The notes: generated by a model from the sequence alone, not told the origin. A stretch of DNA of 64,000 nt from the human T2T-CHM13v2.0 reference genome, Homo sapiens (GCF_009914755.1 NC_060944.1), one strand, 5' to 3'. Positions 27,641 through 42,169 are shown, counted from the first letter of the stretch. A program made the numbers and translations.

Positions 27641-27702
27641 TCTCCTCCTCCTCCTCCCTCCTCCTCCTCCTCCTGCTCCTCCTCCTCCTCCTCCTCCTCC
27701 TC
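27641..27702. repeat. (CCT)n trinucleotide repeat
   Basis: About 20 CCT units with two interruptions. Confidence 0.95.
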
Positions 27703-29425
27703 TGCTGACTGATCAGGGTGATGGTTGCTGAAGGTTGGAGTGAGTGTGGCAATTCCTGAAAACAATGAAATTTGCTACATGAATTGACTCTTCCTTTCAT
27801 GGAAGATTTCTTGGTAACATGTGACACTGTTTGGTAACATTTTACTCACAGTACAACTTCTTTTAAAAGTGAAGTCATTTCTCTCAAACCCTGCTGCTGC
27901 TTTATCAACTAAGTTTATGTAATATTCTAAATCTTTTTTTGTCATTTCAGCAATGTTCACAGCATCTATGCCAGAAGTAGTTTCCATCTCAAGAAATCAC
28001 TTTATTTGTTCATCCATAAGAAGCAACTTACACATTCAAGTTTTATCGTGCTATTACAGCAATTCAAGTCACATCAGCATGCTTATATTCTAGTTATCTT
28101 GCTCTTTCTACTACATCTGCAGTTACTTTCCCCTATTGAAGCCTTGAACCTCTCAAAGTCATTTATGAAAGTTAGGATGAACTTCTTCCAAACTTCCATT
28201 AATGTTGATGTTTTGACCTCCACCATGAATCAGGAATGGAGATCTAGCATAGTGAATCCTCTCCAGAAGATTTTCAAATTACTTTGCCCAGATCTATCAG
28301 AGAAATCACTATCTGTGTCAACTACAGCTTTGCAAAATGTATTTCTTAAACAATAAGACTTCAAAGTCAAAATTACTCCTTGGTCTGTGTGCTGAAGAAT
28401 GAAGGCATGAAAACAACATTAGCCTTGTGCATCTCCATCAAAGCTCTTGGGTGACTAAGTACATTGTCAATGAGCAGTGAGATTTTAAAAGGCATCTTTC
28501 TTTTTTCTGAACAGTAGGTCTCAAGAGTGGGCTTAAAATATTCAGTAAATCATGCTGTAAATAGCTGTGCTGTCATCCAGGCTTTGTTTTTCCATTATAG
28601 AACACAAGCAGAATAGATTTAACATAATTCTGAAGTCCTCTAGCATTTTCAGAATGGTAATGGGCATGTGGCTTCAACTTAAAGTCACCAGCTCCATTAG
28701 CCTCTTATAGGAAAGTCAGCCGTCCTCTGAAGCATTGAAGCCAGGCATTGACTTCTCCTCTCTGCTAATGAAAGTCCTAGATGGCACTTTGTTCTGATGT
28801 ATTTTATCTACATGAAAAATCTGTTTTTTAATGCAGCCACCTTCATCAATTATATTTCCTAGATTTTCTGAATCACTTGATGTAGCTTCTACATCAGCTC
28901 TTGCTGCTTTGCCTTGCACTTTCATGTTGTGAAGACAGTTTCTTTCCTTAAACATCATGAACCACCTCTGCTAGCTTCAGTCTTTTCTTCTGAAGCTTCC
29001 TCCTCTCTCTTAGTCTTCCTAGAATTGAAGAGAGTTAGAGCCTTGCTCTGGATTAGGCTTTGGCTTAAGGAAAGGTTGTAGCTGGTTTGATCTTCTATCC
29101 AGCCCACCACAACTTTCTTCATTTCAGCAATAAGCCTGTTTTGCTTTCTTATCATTTCTGTGTTCATCGGAGTAGGACTTCTAATTTCCTTCAGGAATTT
29201 TTCCTTTGCATTCACAACTTGGCTAACCATTTGGCGAAGAGGCCTAGCATTTAGCCTAATTCAGCTTTGGACAGGACTTCTGCACTTAACAGTTAAATCA
29301 TTTCTAGCTTTTGATTTAAAATGAGAGATCCTTCCTTTCACTTGAACACTTAGAGGCCATTTAGGGCTATCAATTGACCTAATTTCAATATTATTATGCC
29401 TCAAGGAATAGGAAGGCCTAAAGAA

Positions 29426-29462
<37 letters not shown>

Positions 29463-29774
29463 GGCAATGGTCAGTTAGTGGAGCAGTCAGAATACACACA
29501 ACATTGGTCATTAAGTTCATATGGGTGTAGTTTTGTGCCCCCAAACAGTTACAATAGTAACATCAAAGATGTCTGATCACGGATCACCATAACAGATATA
29601 ATAATAATGAAAAAGTTTGAAATATTGGAAGAATTACCAAAATGTGACACAGAGACACAAAATGAGTATATGCTGTGTAAAAATGGCTCTGGTATGTTTG
29701 CTCAATGTAGGGTTGCTACAAAACTTCAATTTGTAATGTAATAACATGAAGCACAATAAAATGAGGTATGCCTG
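27703..29774 (-). mobile_element. Tigger1 DNA transposon, decayed pogo-type transposase, 3' end missing
   Basis: 5' TIR (caataaaatgaggtatgcctg followed by TA) ending at 29774; frameshifted transposase peptides [64 protein letters not shown]. Confidence 0.95.
29428..29459. repeat. (GA)n microsatellite within Tigger1
   Basis: About 16 GA units. Confidence 0.95.
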
Positions 29775-30374
29775 TAATAATAATTGTAATAATATATTCC
29801 AGGAACTGTTCCAAGGATTTTGCATACCAACTTACTTTCAACAAAGTGGTGTTGGTTGCGTTTATTTAAACAGCACTGAAAACCACTTAAAATTGGATAT
29901 TAGATAGTTGGGTCACATTTTCAAGAACTTTGCTTCATGCCTGGCAATTTTTCCTAGGTCTCTTCTTTTCTCTTATATTTTCCCCTCTCCATTCACCTGT
30001 CTCAGAGATTCCCAAAGTGCTGTTCACTTTTCATTGAGGGACTCTTAACCCTTTTTCATATATCACAGTCTTTTTTCAGCATCTTGCCTGAGGTCTTACC
30101 TTCCACATCTAAACCAAGATATCAAATAATCTGTCCTGGATCTCCCAATGTCCCCCTCCATAGGGAAACTCAGAGCCAGTGGGATGATGACAAATATTTC
30201 ACTCTCCTTTTTATATATAAAAGCAAGGCATTAGGAGGCACATTTTCCAGGGTATACAACATGGAGTACAGGGTAAAAGTAGGGCCACAGGATTCCTGTG
30301 CTAAAAATGAGAAAGAAAACACTCAGCTTCTGAGAAATGGAGAGGGGTTAGGGAGAAGGAGAAGAATGCAGCAG

Positions 30375-30590
30375 GTATTGACTGCTCACAGTGTGCTCCG
30401 GGCTGTGCTGTACTTTATATGATAATTTTGCCTTCACAAAAACTCAACAAAGTTGGTACTATTATCCAAATAGCAGAGCTGAGTAAAATGAAGGTTACAG
30501 GAATTAAGCAACTTCCCCAAAGTCACACATTTTGCTAACAACAGACAACAGATTTTAAACGTCTGCTCTTTCCACTACATCACGCTATTA
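30375..30590 (-). mobile_element. MIR
   Basis: ggtactattatcc...attaagcaacttccccaaagtcacaca. Confidence 0.7.
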
Positions 30591-30907
30591 TACTTTGTCT
30601 AGATACATATGAAAGAAAAGATTGTTTAAACGCTCAATGAGTTGACCTTAATTTGCTGTGGCTATCATTGTGACCTTTCAGTGGCAAACGCCAAGATCTC
30701 TTATTCTCTGTGTCTGACTCATATTTCCACGCACCCTCATCCTCATAGGAGCACGTGCAACAACTCTCCAATAGGACTTAATAGAAACAATTTTCAACAA
30801 CGTTTTTACTAATTTCCCTTTTAAAAATCAATAAATGGTTAGTGATGCCATTAATAGAGTGAAAGCAGATTTCTCTCTATTATGAGAGTTCATATTTGTA
30901 GCATTTA

Positions 30908-30908
<1 letters not shown>

Positions 30909-30939
<31 letters not shown>
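30909..30939. repeat. (CA)n microsatellite
   Basis: About 15 CA units. Confidence 0.97.
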
Positions 30940-30940
<1 letters not shown>

Positions 30941-31526
30941 AGAAACAATAAAAATAAAGACAAAGAAACCACTGAGTTTATGAGACCCTAAATACTTGGA
31001 TTGAAATTTTTGCAGCCCAAAGAGAGGGTAATGCAATAAAGAGTTCTGTCTCAGGGGTCAGAAAGTCATGAGTTCAAATTCCAGTGGCAAGTCTTCCCAC
31101 CTTAAAGGATTGTATTGAAGATTAATGTGCCAGGGCATTAACAGCACTTAGCCCACGGTAGACAGGAGATGCTGTATCGGGGCTAGTCACAGATGCAGTT
31201 GAACTGGTCTCCTTCTGTGACACTTCCTTTTTGGAGGCCCAGGATGTCTCTCCCCTTCTATGCACTTCAATTCCATTCCTGACCTAAGTTATCCCACTGC
31301 TACCCTCTGCCTGGTCAGCAGCCAGCCTCTGGCCCTCATCCTTCCTCCTCCGGTTTGTGACTCACTAGGTGACTTCCGGAAAATCAGTTCCATTCTCTCA
31401 AGTTTAATATTCCTCTCCTTTCATATTTATTATACCATTGTCAGATGCGGCCCAGAAGTGATTTTTAAATGCCTAAAACTAGCTTCTGATCTTTCTGAAA
31501 CAACCCCTGATTGAATATGAGCGACG

Positions 31527-31851
<325 letters not shown>

Positions 31852-33170
31852 TAATTTTAATGATGAGCAAAGAAACACTTTTGGGGAGATTATTTTTGCA
31901 GCCTGGTTCTGGAGAAATGCATGGCTTCCAATGAGATTTCAGAAATACTGAGTATACAACAAATGTCAGAGGAATTTGAAGGGCCAAGTTATCCCTAGTA
32001 ATAAAGAGCTTACTCAGCCACACCTGGAGAAGGCTGTGCAGATGTCAGAATTCGATCAAATAATATTATTACTGAATGATCAGAGACAGAGAGTTACTAG
32101 GCAAGAAGATCCAGGTGAGACCAGAGGCCACAAACTTTGAGGGACATGCACCACCCTGGAGCAGAGAAATAAATAAGAGACAAAGTCAGCCCCAGAGTAG
32201 AAGGGAGGAATGCAACAGTATTTACATTTTCTTGCTTGCTTTGATTAGAGTGAGGTCTGAGACTATCCCTCAGCAGTTTCCCTTCTGCTACCCTAAAATC
32301 AGGACAGAGTACTCCAGGAAACCTGGATCTAGGAAAGGATCTAGTAACCTCCAGACACATGCTGAATGAACCTCCTTCCCTGGCTCATTCCCCAGCAGTG
32401 AAGACACTTCTAAGTTAAAGTCTACATTCCCAGCTGGAACAAAGTCATGAGGTACCTGCCTTCTTCCCACTCAGAATCTACTATTTTATATGTGTGGGGG
32501 AAGGAAATGGGAAAATATCACCCCAGCCCTGCTGGGAGGGATGCTGAATCACTGAGCTCATGGGATGTACCCATATTAAAGAAAGTCAACTCCAGAAAAC
32601 CACCACCAAGTGTTAGCAAGCCCCTGTTCCCCAGCAGTGCCACCCCAAATTTCTGGCATTTAAGAGCGCCTCCTTCTCCTATATCTTGGTTTCTATGGAA
32701 AAGAGTACCAACCTGCCAGATGCCTTTGGCAAGGGAAAAGGAAGAAAGAGGTGGACTCCTGGGGGGACAAACATGGGGAGGCTGGACCTTGGGTATTTGA
32801 AGGGCCACATGCAAATGTAATGCAAATGAAGTGGACCCATAAGAGAGAGGGTGCTGTTGAAGACTTGCTGTGCATGTGTTGGAGTGGCACCCAAACATTT
32901 CAGCCTCCCCTTCTTTCTATACCTGAACAAGTAGTTGGAGACAAGTAATTCCAGCAAGACTGTGCCATAGTTCTACTACATGTGGACTAGAGAAAGGAGA
33001 GGTTTCTCTTTTCTCAGAAAACTCAGGTCAGTGATTTACTCAAAGAATTATTAAGGAAACTTCTTGACCTGTCAGCTGATAGGGTACACTGAAAAGAGAA
33101 ATCTTTCCATTCTATGCCTGAGCCCCTACCTGAATCCTTTCCCCCAAGAATTTGGGTTTTATTAAAATGA

Positions 33171-33489
<319 letters not shown>

Positions 33490-33589
33490 TAGCCTGCTAT
33501 TTTATGAGCCCCTCTTATCACTCTCACTAGCCTCTAGAACAGCAAGCACTGCGAGAAAGAACCCAGCCCCTGCTCCATGTCCTGAGTCA

Positions 33590-34330
33590 AGAACTGGCCA
33601 AGCTAAGACAAGACCAACACAGCTCTTGCCCTAGAGCTCACAGCATAAATGGAGGTGCTGACTCAATGGTCACATGGTCCAGTGAGGGTGACACTGGAGC
33701 TATGTATAAGGTATAAGGGAGGATATTTGAATGAGGCCATAAAGGAGTAACCATTTAGGTACCAGCAGAGGGGACAGTGGCAGCAGATGTCTGGATGTTT
33801 CAATAGAAGAGTTGACCCCTGACTTGAGTATTCAATGATGAGTGTCAGCCAAGCAGAAACAGAGGATTAGTATTTCAGATGAAGCAGAAATATGAGGGAA
33901 TGACAGAACAGGCTGGGCACATGATGGGAATCCCCAGAAACCAGTCTGCCTAAGGCATGAGAGAGATGAAATTAGAAATGTCGCTGCAAGCTTGCTCACA
34001 CAGGGCCTTTTAACCCAAGGAAAATGATGTGATTCTTGGGACAGTAAAGAGCCACTGACAGTTTTAGTAGCAGAAGAACCTGGTCAGAATACTTCATTTG
34101 TGGTTGGATAGGGACACATCTGGAGGCCAGGAGAACAATTAGGAAGGAACTGTTGGGTTCCAGGATAAAGATGTTTTGGGTCAGGAGCAAGAGGGTAGCT
34201 GTTATGTTGCAGATGAGGAGATGGGTGAAGAAATGTGAGAAAGAAAAGAGGGGGATCAGTGATTGCTTTGGTATGGAGCTGAAGATGAGAGGAAGTTGAT
34301 GGTGACTTCCAGATTTCTAACTTGGGAGAA
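33590..34330 (-). mobile_element. L2 remnant
   Basis: gagccactgacagttttag...tggaggccaggagaacaattaggaag...gacttccagatttctaacttggg. Confidence 0.65.
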
Positions 34331-35000
34331 AGGAAGGGACATGGGTTCAGGCAAAGAAGGAAAAAATCAAGAAATCATCATTATAGTGTCAAGTATTCCT
34401 TCTGCCACTCCTTCTCTTCCTCAATCTCTGTCTCCCTCCACACCAGTCTCTTCGCAGGGCTCCAGCCTGTGTGAGGGGCTCTGAATGCTGGTGCTTGCAT
34501 AACTGATGAGGATGAGTTAAAGGCAGCTTCTAGCTGAGATAGCTCCAGCTGTGGCCACAGAGACTAATAGGATTGCCCAGAAGGGAGAAGCTCCAGTGAA
34601 TGGAGGAAATTCTGCATGCAGTCTCTCTGACTTTCAGAATCTTCTGGTCCAGAAGTCCTTCTGTCAGGTGGCCTTGGCATGTGACCAGCCAACCAAGAGC
34701 ACAGAGATCCCAAGGTTTCCAGAAATCACAAGAAACATCCAAGAAACAATTCTAGAGAAGTCTGTGGATTACTGTTCTAGCAGTCAGGTCCAGAAGTTGG
34801 CTACAAGAGACGAGAATTGGAAGAGGGAAAATTCCTCACCATCAAGCCAACGTCATAATCCTGAGGACATGAGCACAGCAAGGAATGACACCTTCCTCTA
34901 GGATCACTTAAAGGATCTCAGTGTCACTGAGCTGACCACAGTGTCCTTGGGTGGAAAGAATGGATGTTGTGTAGCACTTTGGAGTCAGCAGTTTTTATAC

Positions 35001-35008
<8 letters not shown>

Positions 35009-35036
<28 letters not shown>
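35009..35036. repeat. (TA)n microsatellite abutting Alu tail
   Basis: About 14 TA units. Confidence 0.95.
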
Positions 35037-35341
<305 letters not shown>

Positions 35342-35344
35342 TAA

Positions 35345-35915
35345 ATCTCATTTCAGACTAGCTCTGTGACTTTAAGCAAGTTGCTTTTCCTTTCTAGGAC
35401 TAATTGTTTTTACATCTGCAAACTGGTGATGATGATCTCTATTTCACAGAGCAAAGGGTAGGTGAAATGACAATACAAGGTCTGGTCAATATTAGATGCT
35501 TAGTAATTATTCATTCAATCATTCATGCATAACATACTTATTGATTTCTTCTACATGCCAGACACTGTGCTTGGTGCTTGGGAACAAAACAGAGAAATAT
35601 TTTCACCTAAGTAGAGCTTTATTCTAACATCTATATGTAGGGGAGGACGGAAGAAAGACAACATTCAATAAGGCATAGTATGTAAATTATTTAGTTTGTT
35701 AGAAAATAGTAACTGCTATAAAGTAAAGGAAAAGTCAAGCAAGGTAGGGGAAAGGGCAGCAGGAGTGACCTTGAACAAGTCACTTTATTTGCCTGAAGGT
35801 TTTACTTCACGTGTAAGTCAAACACAACAATACCTACCTCGCAAGGCTATTGTGCAGAATAAGTGAGTGCAAGTCACCTAAAATTGTACCTAGGCCTTTA
35901 TAGATGCTCAATAGT
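35345..35915. mobile_element. MIR / L2 / MIR cluster
   Basis: ctagctctgtgactttaagcaagtt (MIR +); ttcattcaatcattca...tgccagacactgtgct (L2 -); gtgaccttgaacaagtcactt (MIR +). Confidence 0.7.
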
Positions 35916-36829
35916 AATAGTTATATCATCGTCACCATTATCATCATGAGGTTGCAATAATAATTGGGCAAATCAGAACTCATTTAGAAGGGGCCATTTG
36001 AGCAAAACTGGAAAATGATGAGGGAGCCATGGGGTGTACGGTGTGCATCCCAGGCATGGGACCACTCAATGTCAAGGCCCTAAGACAGGAGCAGGGATTT
36101 CAGGAAAGCTGTGCCACCTGACTCCACCGGGGAGATCAGAAGGGGCTCAGAAAAGCATCCCCTCTGAAAGAAGCTGAGAAAGGGGAAGAAGCAGTTGGAG
36201 GTTGGGTGGCCCCAAGAGAAAAAGAACTTTGGAGAACTAGGCTGTTGCTGAAGCAACAAAAATAGAAACATGGAAATTTCTCCCAGCTGCTGTGAACTGA
36301 CCCTGGAACTTAGAGCCAAACTGGTGGTCATAAAGTCAGCTTCAAGTTTGTGTGCCTGGGTTTCTGCATCCTTCGTGACCATGTGCATCTTTGTGTACAA
36401 CTGCATCTATTTGTTATATTTTGTGTTTGTGGGAATAGGACTGTGTCTCTGACACATGCGTGTGTGTGTGTATGGTAATTTGGAACGAGAAAATTCTCCT
36501 CTTTCTAAAGCGATGTACATACAATAGAGGAAGTAGAGACAGAGTCATCATGCTTCATTTCATATCCATACTTGACTTTCAACATTGAAGTTACTTACCT
36601 TTGAGGGCCTTAAGCTTTATCCCACCATCCTCTCACAGGTGCAATACTTGTCAAATGTCTAAATGCACCACAGCCTCAGGCCTGCCCGAAATTTAGTCAT
36701 ATGAGATGACATTTATGGGGCATTGAGGATAACGATATCACCCATTCTCTCAAACATTGTATTGTTGTGTATCTACAGTGCCAGACCCCAGGGTTAGATT
36801 CTGGGAATATAAAAACAAGGGGCCATTGA

Positions 36830-37040
36830 AGGTTATAGGCTTTGGAAACACGTTGGAGTTTGAGTTTCAGCTAATTCCCGTTACTGCTTGTGTGACCGTG
36901 AGCAAGTCACCTTATTTTTTTAAGGGTTTTGCTTCATCTGCAAATCATATACAGCAATACCCACCTCCCATGGGCTATTGTGGAGAATAAACGAGTACAA
37001 ATCACCTGCAAGGTAACTAAACCCTGATAGATGCTCAAGA
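36830..37040 (+). mobile_element. MIR
   Basis: tgtgtgaccgtgagcaagtcac...ttcatctgcaaa. Confidence 0.7.
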
Positions 37041-37109
37041 GTAATACTGAAGATCATCATGGTCATCACCATTTCCATCACTACTGACCAAAGTTTCTGC
37101 CCTCACATG

Positions 37110-37480
37110 GCATGCATATTGGCCGAAATTACAATTCCACTGCCTTGGTCTCTGATCCTAGATCTTTCCATGGCTTGTTATCTAGCTTCGTTTAGGCTAT
37201 TATTCATAAAACCTTCTTCAGAAAAGTTTCCCTGACCATCCACCCGCTTTTATTTCTTCACTGCACAAATCGTTTCCTGTAATTCTGTTATATGTATTGT
37301 TTTTGCTTACCTGTTTATTTGTCTCCTTCAGTCAAGTATGCTTCATGGAAGAACTGTGACCTTATCTCTCTAGTTTGCTCTAGAATCAGATGTGAACTTT
37401 ATCTTCAGTATCTAGGACAGTATCTGGTACAAGAAGGTGTTCAATCGGCATGTGTTGAATGAATGAGTCTATGAATGAAT
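37110..37480 (+). mobile_element. L2 3' end
   Basis: ttccctgaccatcc...tctaggacagtatctggtac...tgttgaatgaatga. Confidence 0.8.
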
Positions 37481-38034
37481 TAGTTAACCTGATTTGTGCC
37501 ATTACAGAGCCCCAGAAAAAAATGCAACTAACTCTGCTGAAACCAAAGTATTCCTGTAGAAAGCTTTACAGAGCAGAGAGCATTTGATCAGGGAGACTGG
37601 CAAGGGTTCTCCGGCAAATGCATGAAGGGGCATGATCATAGCTACTAATTGTGACTGTATCTTGTGAAACAAACCAAGATCATCAATCGTGTTCCCCGTC
37701 TCCCTGGAGAACACTGCTGAACCTTAACACATGCCCTGGGAGTGTGTGGAAAAGAAGAAAAACCCCAAATTTCTGACTATGCATAATCCCCTTCAGTCTT
37801 CCAGAAGCATAGGTCCAAACTTCATTTGCATATAAATGGTCATAATTTTTTAATCATAGATAAATTCCATTCTGTTTGCTTGTCCTTTTGCCTTCCTTGA
37901 TAGAGAAACAAGAGTGACTTATGATTCATGAGGAACAGCAATTAAAACACATATACATACAACACTTCCTTACTTCTTGCATCTCTTTTCACTCCTTCTC
38001 CCTCCCTGAGTGTCAGAAAATGCCATCTTGATTG

Positions 38035-38260
38035 AGAGGTAGTGGTTACACAGTGGATTCCCATGGTTTCTTTCCAAATCCTAGGTTCTTCACTCACTTT
38101 CTATGCAATTGCGGACAAGTCACTTCACCTTTCTAAACCCCAGCCTCATCATTCATAATGAGTAAAACATAAAATCATGAAGGTTTTTTGCATAGGCTAA
38201 AAGAACTGGTGCACCTAAAATACTAACATAAAGCAAGTTCTCAAAATGAAAGTTATTATC
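38035..38260 (+). mobile_element. MIR
   Basis: gtagtggtta...ggacaagtcacttcacctttctaaaccccag. Confidence 0.65.
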
Positions 38261-38689
38261 ATTTTATTAGTATCATCATATTGTATGAAAATACATAGAG
38301 ATGACTCATTTCAAATCAGCAAGAGAAACCCAAGGTCTTACTCTCAGCAGAGAAGAGAGAGAAATAAAGCTACTATATAGGAATGTTGATACAGATTATA
38401 CCTAGATGGTGATCATATTGAGAAACTCTGTATTTCATCTCAGAGAGATCTTAAATTGGAAAATAGTATAGGTACCACTCAAGAGAAGATCTGGTCCCTG
38501 AACCTTACTAATATCTGACATTAGGAAGTAGACCAGCACGACAAAAATCAGTCATCATCGGACAGAGATCTATTTGATACTTATTTTAAAGACAACTGTG
38601 TTGGTTTCTGTTTCAAGCCCTTTACTCTTGTTCTGAGATCATCTGTGGGAGAGAAAGGGCAAAGTGCAAGTGGGGGTGGAAGTGACACG

Positions 38690-38860
38690 TATCAGGTCCT
38701 CCTGCAGGTGTTTTCTTGCTTTATCTCATCCGATTTTCACACTGCCCTCTGAGACAAGATTTATTATCCCAATTTGCAGATGAGGAATTTGAGGCTTAAC
38801 AGGGTTAAGTAATTTGCTCACATCTGCTGAAGGAAAGCCTAGACTTGCAGTCAGGCATCC
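38690..38860 (-). mobile_element. MIR
   Basis: tattatcccaatttgcagatgaggaatttgaggctt...ggttaagtaatttgctca. Confidence 0.8.
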
Positions 38861-38994
38861 AGAATACTTTCATTTATAACACACATCCTGTTTTACATGG
38901 ATATTGAAGATGTGGGATTATTTTTTAGCCCCAGTTTGTGGACATCTCTTGCCAGAGTTATTTTCCTAAGAACCTAGAATCATTTGTTTGACTG

Positions 38995-39865
38995 TATATC
39001 AGGCTTCTGTGGATGCAAAGCCCACTAGCACCATGCACTCAACATTTCCAAAACTAAACCCAACATCTGCCCACTCCCTCATTTCCACGATCTCTCTTCC
39101 CAGAGATCTACTCCTTTTACACTTTTTTCCAAATAATTGTCTTTCCCCATGCATCACTCTAGACTGCTTCTTCAACTCACCTCCCATCATCACATAAGTC
39201 AGTAAGTCTTATCTAATATTCCTTTGAAGATATGTCAAGTCCACCCCACCAGCTCCAGCTCCAGCTTCACTATTAAGTCAATTTATATCTCACTTGAAGC
39301 AGGTAGCTGTAGCCTCCTCTCTGGTGTCCTTGTCCTGGTATTTATCACTCTAGCCCATCCTTTTGGTTCGGCCAAGTTTATTGTCTTAAAAACAAATGTA
39401 ATCATTGTGCCACTCCTCTGCTGCTTCAAAACCTTTGAGGACTCCCTTCTGTCTACATGTTGAAGATCAAACACCTTAGCAAGTCACCTGCAATATAACT
39501 CAACATTATGCTTTTGTCTCATCTCTTACCAGCCCCCATGGAAATGCCTAATTATTCCTCTGAAATGCATTGCATGTTTATTCTCTTGTATTTTTCCCAT
39601 TTTAAGGAAAATCCTACTCTGATTTCTTGTCTGTTAACAACTACTTAATCTCCAAAGCCTACAGTGAATGTCCTGTCAATCTCACCAAACTTCCCCAGAC
39701 AAACTCAGCTCCCTCCCTTGTCAGTACTTCATGCACACTGCTATCATTGGCCCTACCCTGTGATCATTTTTACACACACCTGCCTCCCTCAGTATAGCAG
39801 GAGCTTCTCAGAGATAAATATTTTTTTTTCACATTTTTCTTCGTCTCCTTAGTATCTAGCCTGAG
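38995..39865 (+). mobile_element. L2 remnant
   Basis: actcaacatttccaaaactaaac...cactcctctgctgcttcaaaacctt. Confidence 0.7.
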
Positions 39866-40019
39866 AAGTTTCCGACAGTGAGAATTATAATGCAGGTATC
39901 ATTTTGCATGTTAACACTAACATATCATAAACATGTTCCCACCGAGCTACTCAGTCTTCCTAATTATCCTTTTAATTGCTACATAATATTTCTTCCTGTT
40001 TATGTTCTATAATTACCTA

Positions 40020-40300
40020 AACATTCAATTCAAGTCATTAAATTCAACAAAAATTTCTAAGTACTTAATATGCGGCAGGTACCATGCTAGATGCTGGAGA
40101 CACCAAGAGGAGGAAGACATGACCTCTTCCCTGCAAAGACTGTGCATTCCAGTGATCATGTGATAAGGGCTATGATAGAGATATATCAATGAATGGATTG
40201 GGAACACTGGGTAGGGGGAGTTTTATTTTTCCTGAAGAAGTTGAAGAACATAAATTTATAGGTGATATTTTCTTTGAGTTTTAAAAGTTGAATACAAACC
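40020..40300 (-). mobile_element. L2 3' end
   Basis: attcaacaaaaatttctaagtactt...gcaggtaccatgctagatgctggaga. Confidence 0.7.
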
Positions 40301-40502
40301 TAAGAGAACTGGTAAGAAAGCAAAGAGGGAGGGTGAGAGAAAAGATAAATTACTAAGACCTCACAGTTTTTAAGGGGTCAGAGCTAGGATTTCAATACAA
40401 ACGGTTTGATTCTAGGACCCCACTGTTATCCCTTATCTGCTGGTAAATTCCTACCCACCCAACAATGCTTTGCTTCAACCAGCTCCACACTCTTTCTCAG
40501 TT

Positions 40503-40832
40503 GTTATTTATTTATTTATTTATTTATTTTGCTACAGAGTCTCACTCTGTTGCCCAGGCTGGAGTGCAGTGGCGTGATCTCAGCTCACTCCATCTCCCAG
40601 GTTCCAGCGATTCTCCTGCTTCAGTCTCTCGAGTAGCTGGACTACAGGTGCACGCTACCATGCCAAACTAATTTTTTTGTGCCACCACGCCAAACTAAAT
40701 TTTTGCATTTTTAGTAGAGACGGGGTTTCACCATGTTGGCCAGGCTGATCTCGAACTCCTTTCCTCAGGTGATCCACCCACCTCGGTCTCCCAAAGTGTT
40801 GGGATTACAGGCGTGAGCCACCGTGCCCAGCC
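40503..40832 (-). mobile_element. Alu (S family) with 27-bp internal tandem duplication
   Basis: Antisense dimer; duplicated linker region at 40654-40706. Confidence 0.97.
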
Positions 40833-41329
40833 TCAGTTCTCTTTTTATTCAGCCCTTATGTGTTGCACAGAGCTGGGGCGTGCTAGCAAATTTTCTCCAA
40901 CCCACATTTTCGTTAAGTTTGATAACTAGAATTTTGCAAAGTATTTTTTTTGAGTTTTACAAAATGAGCTCACTAATATGATGCATTCTCATCCTTTGTT
41001 CCTGTTTTCTATAAGAATTGCAATGTTACCAAGGAAACAAGATTCTAGAGCAAATTCCTGATAAATGTTAGGTTCTCAAAAGATAAATGAAAAAATGATC
41101 AACCAATGGCTAAATGTATGAGTTTGGCTGTGTGGAAAGTAGAGAAGAATTAGTAGAATGTGAAAGGCTCATGTATAATGTACTTAAGGCGTAATGTAGG
41201 TTACATTATGACACTTGCAGAAGTAAAACAATAACAAGAATAACAAAAACAATAATAACAATAAACAGATACCCAAATTAGTATCTTGGTACCTTATCAG
41301 AAGCATTCCTGCTTGTGGAATCAGAAGAT

Positions 41330-41765
41330 CAAAGAGTATTAAGAGCTATGATATCATCCCTACCCTGTGACACACTATTTAATCTAAGAAACCATTTAAA
41401 AAGGGGAAAACAGCAGATATTATATGGACCACCTTCTATATTATTAAAAGTCTGGAAACAATCTAAAATGTCCACCAATAGGGAGTGGTTAAATAAATTA
41501 CAATATGTGAACTGGAAGGAGTATTATAAAGTCATTAAAATGGTAATTAGAAAGATTATGTAGCCACATGGAAAAACATTTGCTGTGTAGTATTAAGGGG
41601 GTGGGGGAAGCTGAATACAAAATTGAAGCTAGGCCATCAATGCAGTTATGGAAAATGTATGCACATGAATTAAGACACCAGGGGAAGAGGCATGCATGTG
41701 ACCAGCTGTTCTATACTGGCGTATTTTTTCTTTGAAACATGTCCTTTAATTTGCTATGATGTGTA
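41330..41765 (+). mobile_element. L1ME-type 3' fragment
   Basis: ctggaaacaatctaaaatgtccaccaatagggagtggttaaataaatta. Confidence 0.75.
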
Positions 41766-41789
41766 TTTTCTGGCCTAGCGTATGCTCTC

Positions 41790-41808
41790 CAGCCTCTAGG
41801 GGGAGCTC
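41790..41808 (+). promoter_or_regulatory. Candidate CTCF motif
   Basis: cagcctctagggggagctc resembles the CTCF consensus TGGCCACCAGGGGGCGCTA. Confidence 0.5.
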
Positions 41809-42169
41809 AAGGCTTCCCCTACTCAAGCCTCTTCTATCCAACCCCGGGAAGATAGAGGAGGTCTCCAGGAGCCTGAGGCATAGTGAGGTACCCAGGGCTG
41901 GGCGGCCATGGGGGCCTTAAAGCTATTATGAACAGAACAGAACTGAAGCAAATTTTCCCTCGGCCTTTTCTCCTGCTCCTTTCTGTGTATAGTCCTTGAC
42001 CCCTCTTTTAGAATCAGTTGCTTTCTTGGCGTTTTCCTCTTCAGTGCATGTACATATTTCTGTTGCTACTGTCCTTGTCCGCTACATTAAGAAGGATCTA
42101 GACAGTCTTTCATCTGGGATGCAAAGATCGCTCATAGCCTACTTTTTTAAGAAAAGCAGAAATTATTCT

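Noticed and set aside
27775-29230. TIGD1-like transposase peptides
   Set aside because: Split over several frames with stops and embedded in a Tigger1 with a TIR. This is a decayed transposon, not a domesticated gene.
33759-33779. CTCF-like ccagcagagggg
   Set aside because: Mismatch at a key core position, and it lies within an L2 remnant.
34551-34901. 116-aa ORF with protein-like composition (ATETNRIAQKGEAP...)
   Set aside because: Non-ATG start, no recognisable domain or homologue, and no convincing exon boundaries. The length is within chance expectation.
36593-36822. Minus-strand exon candidate (donor acttac at 36593, acceptor near 36801)
   Set aside because: An isolated splice pair with no other support. 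Such pairs are frequent by chance.
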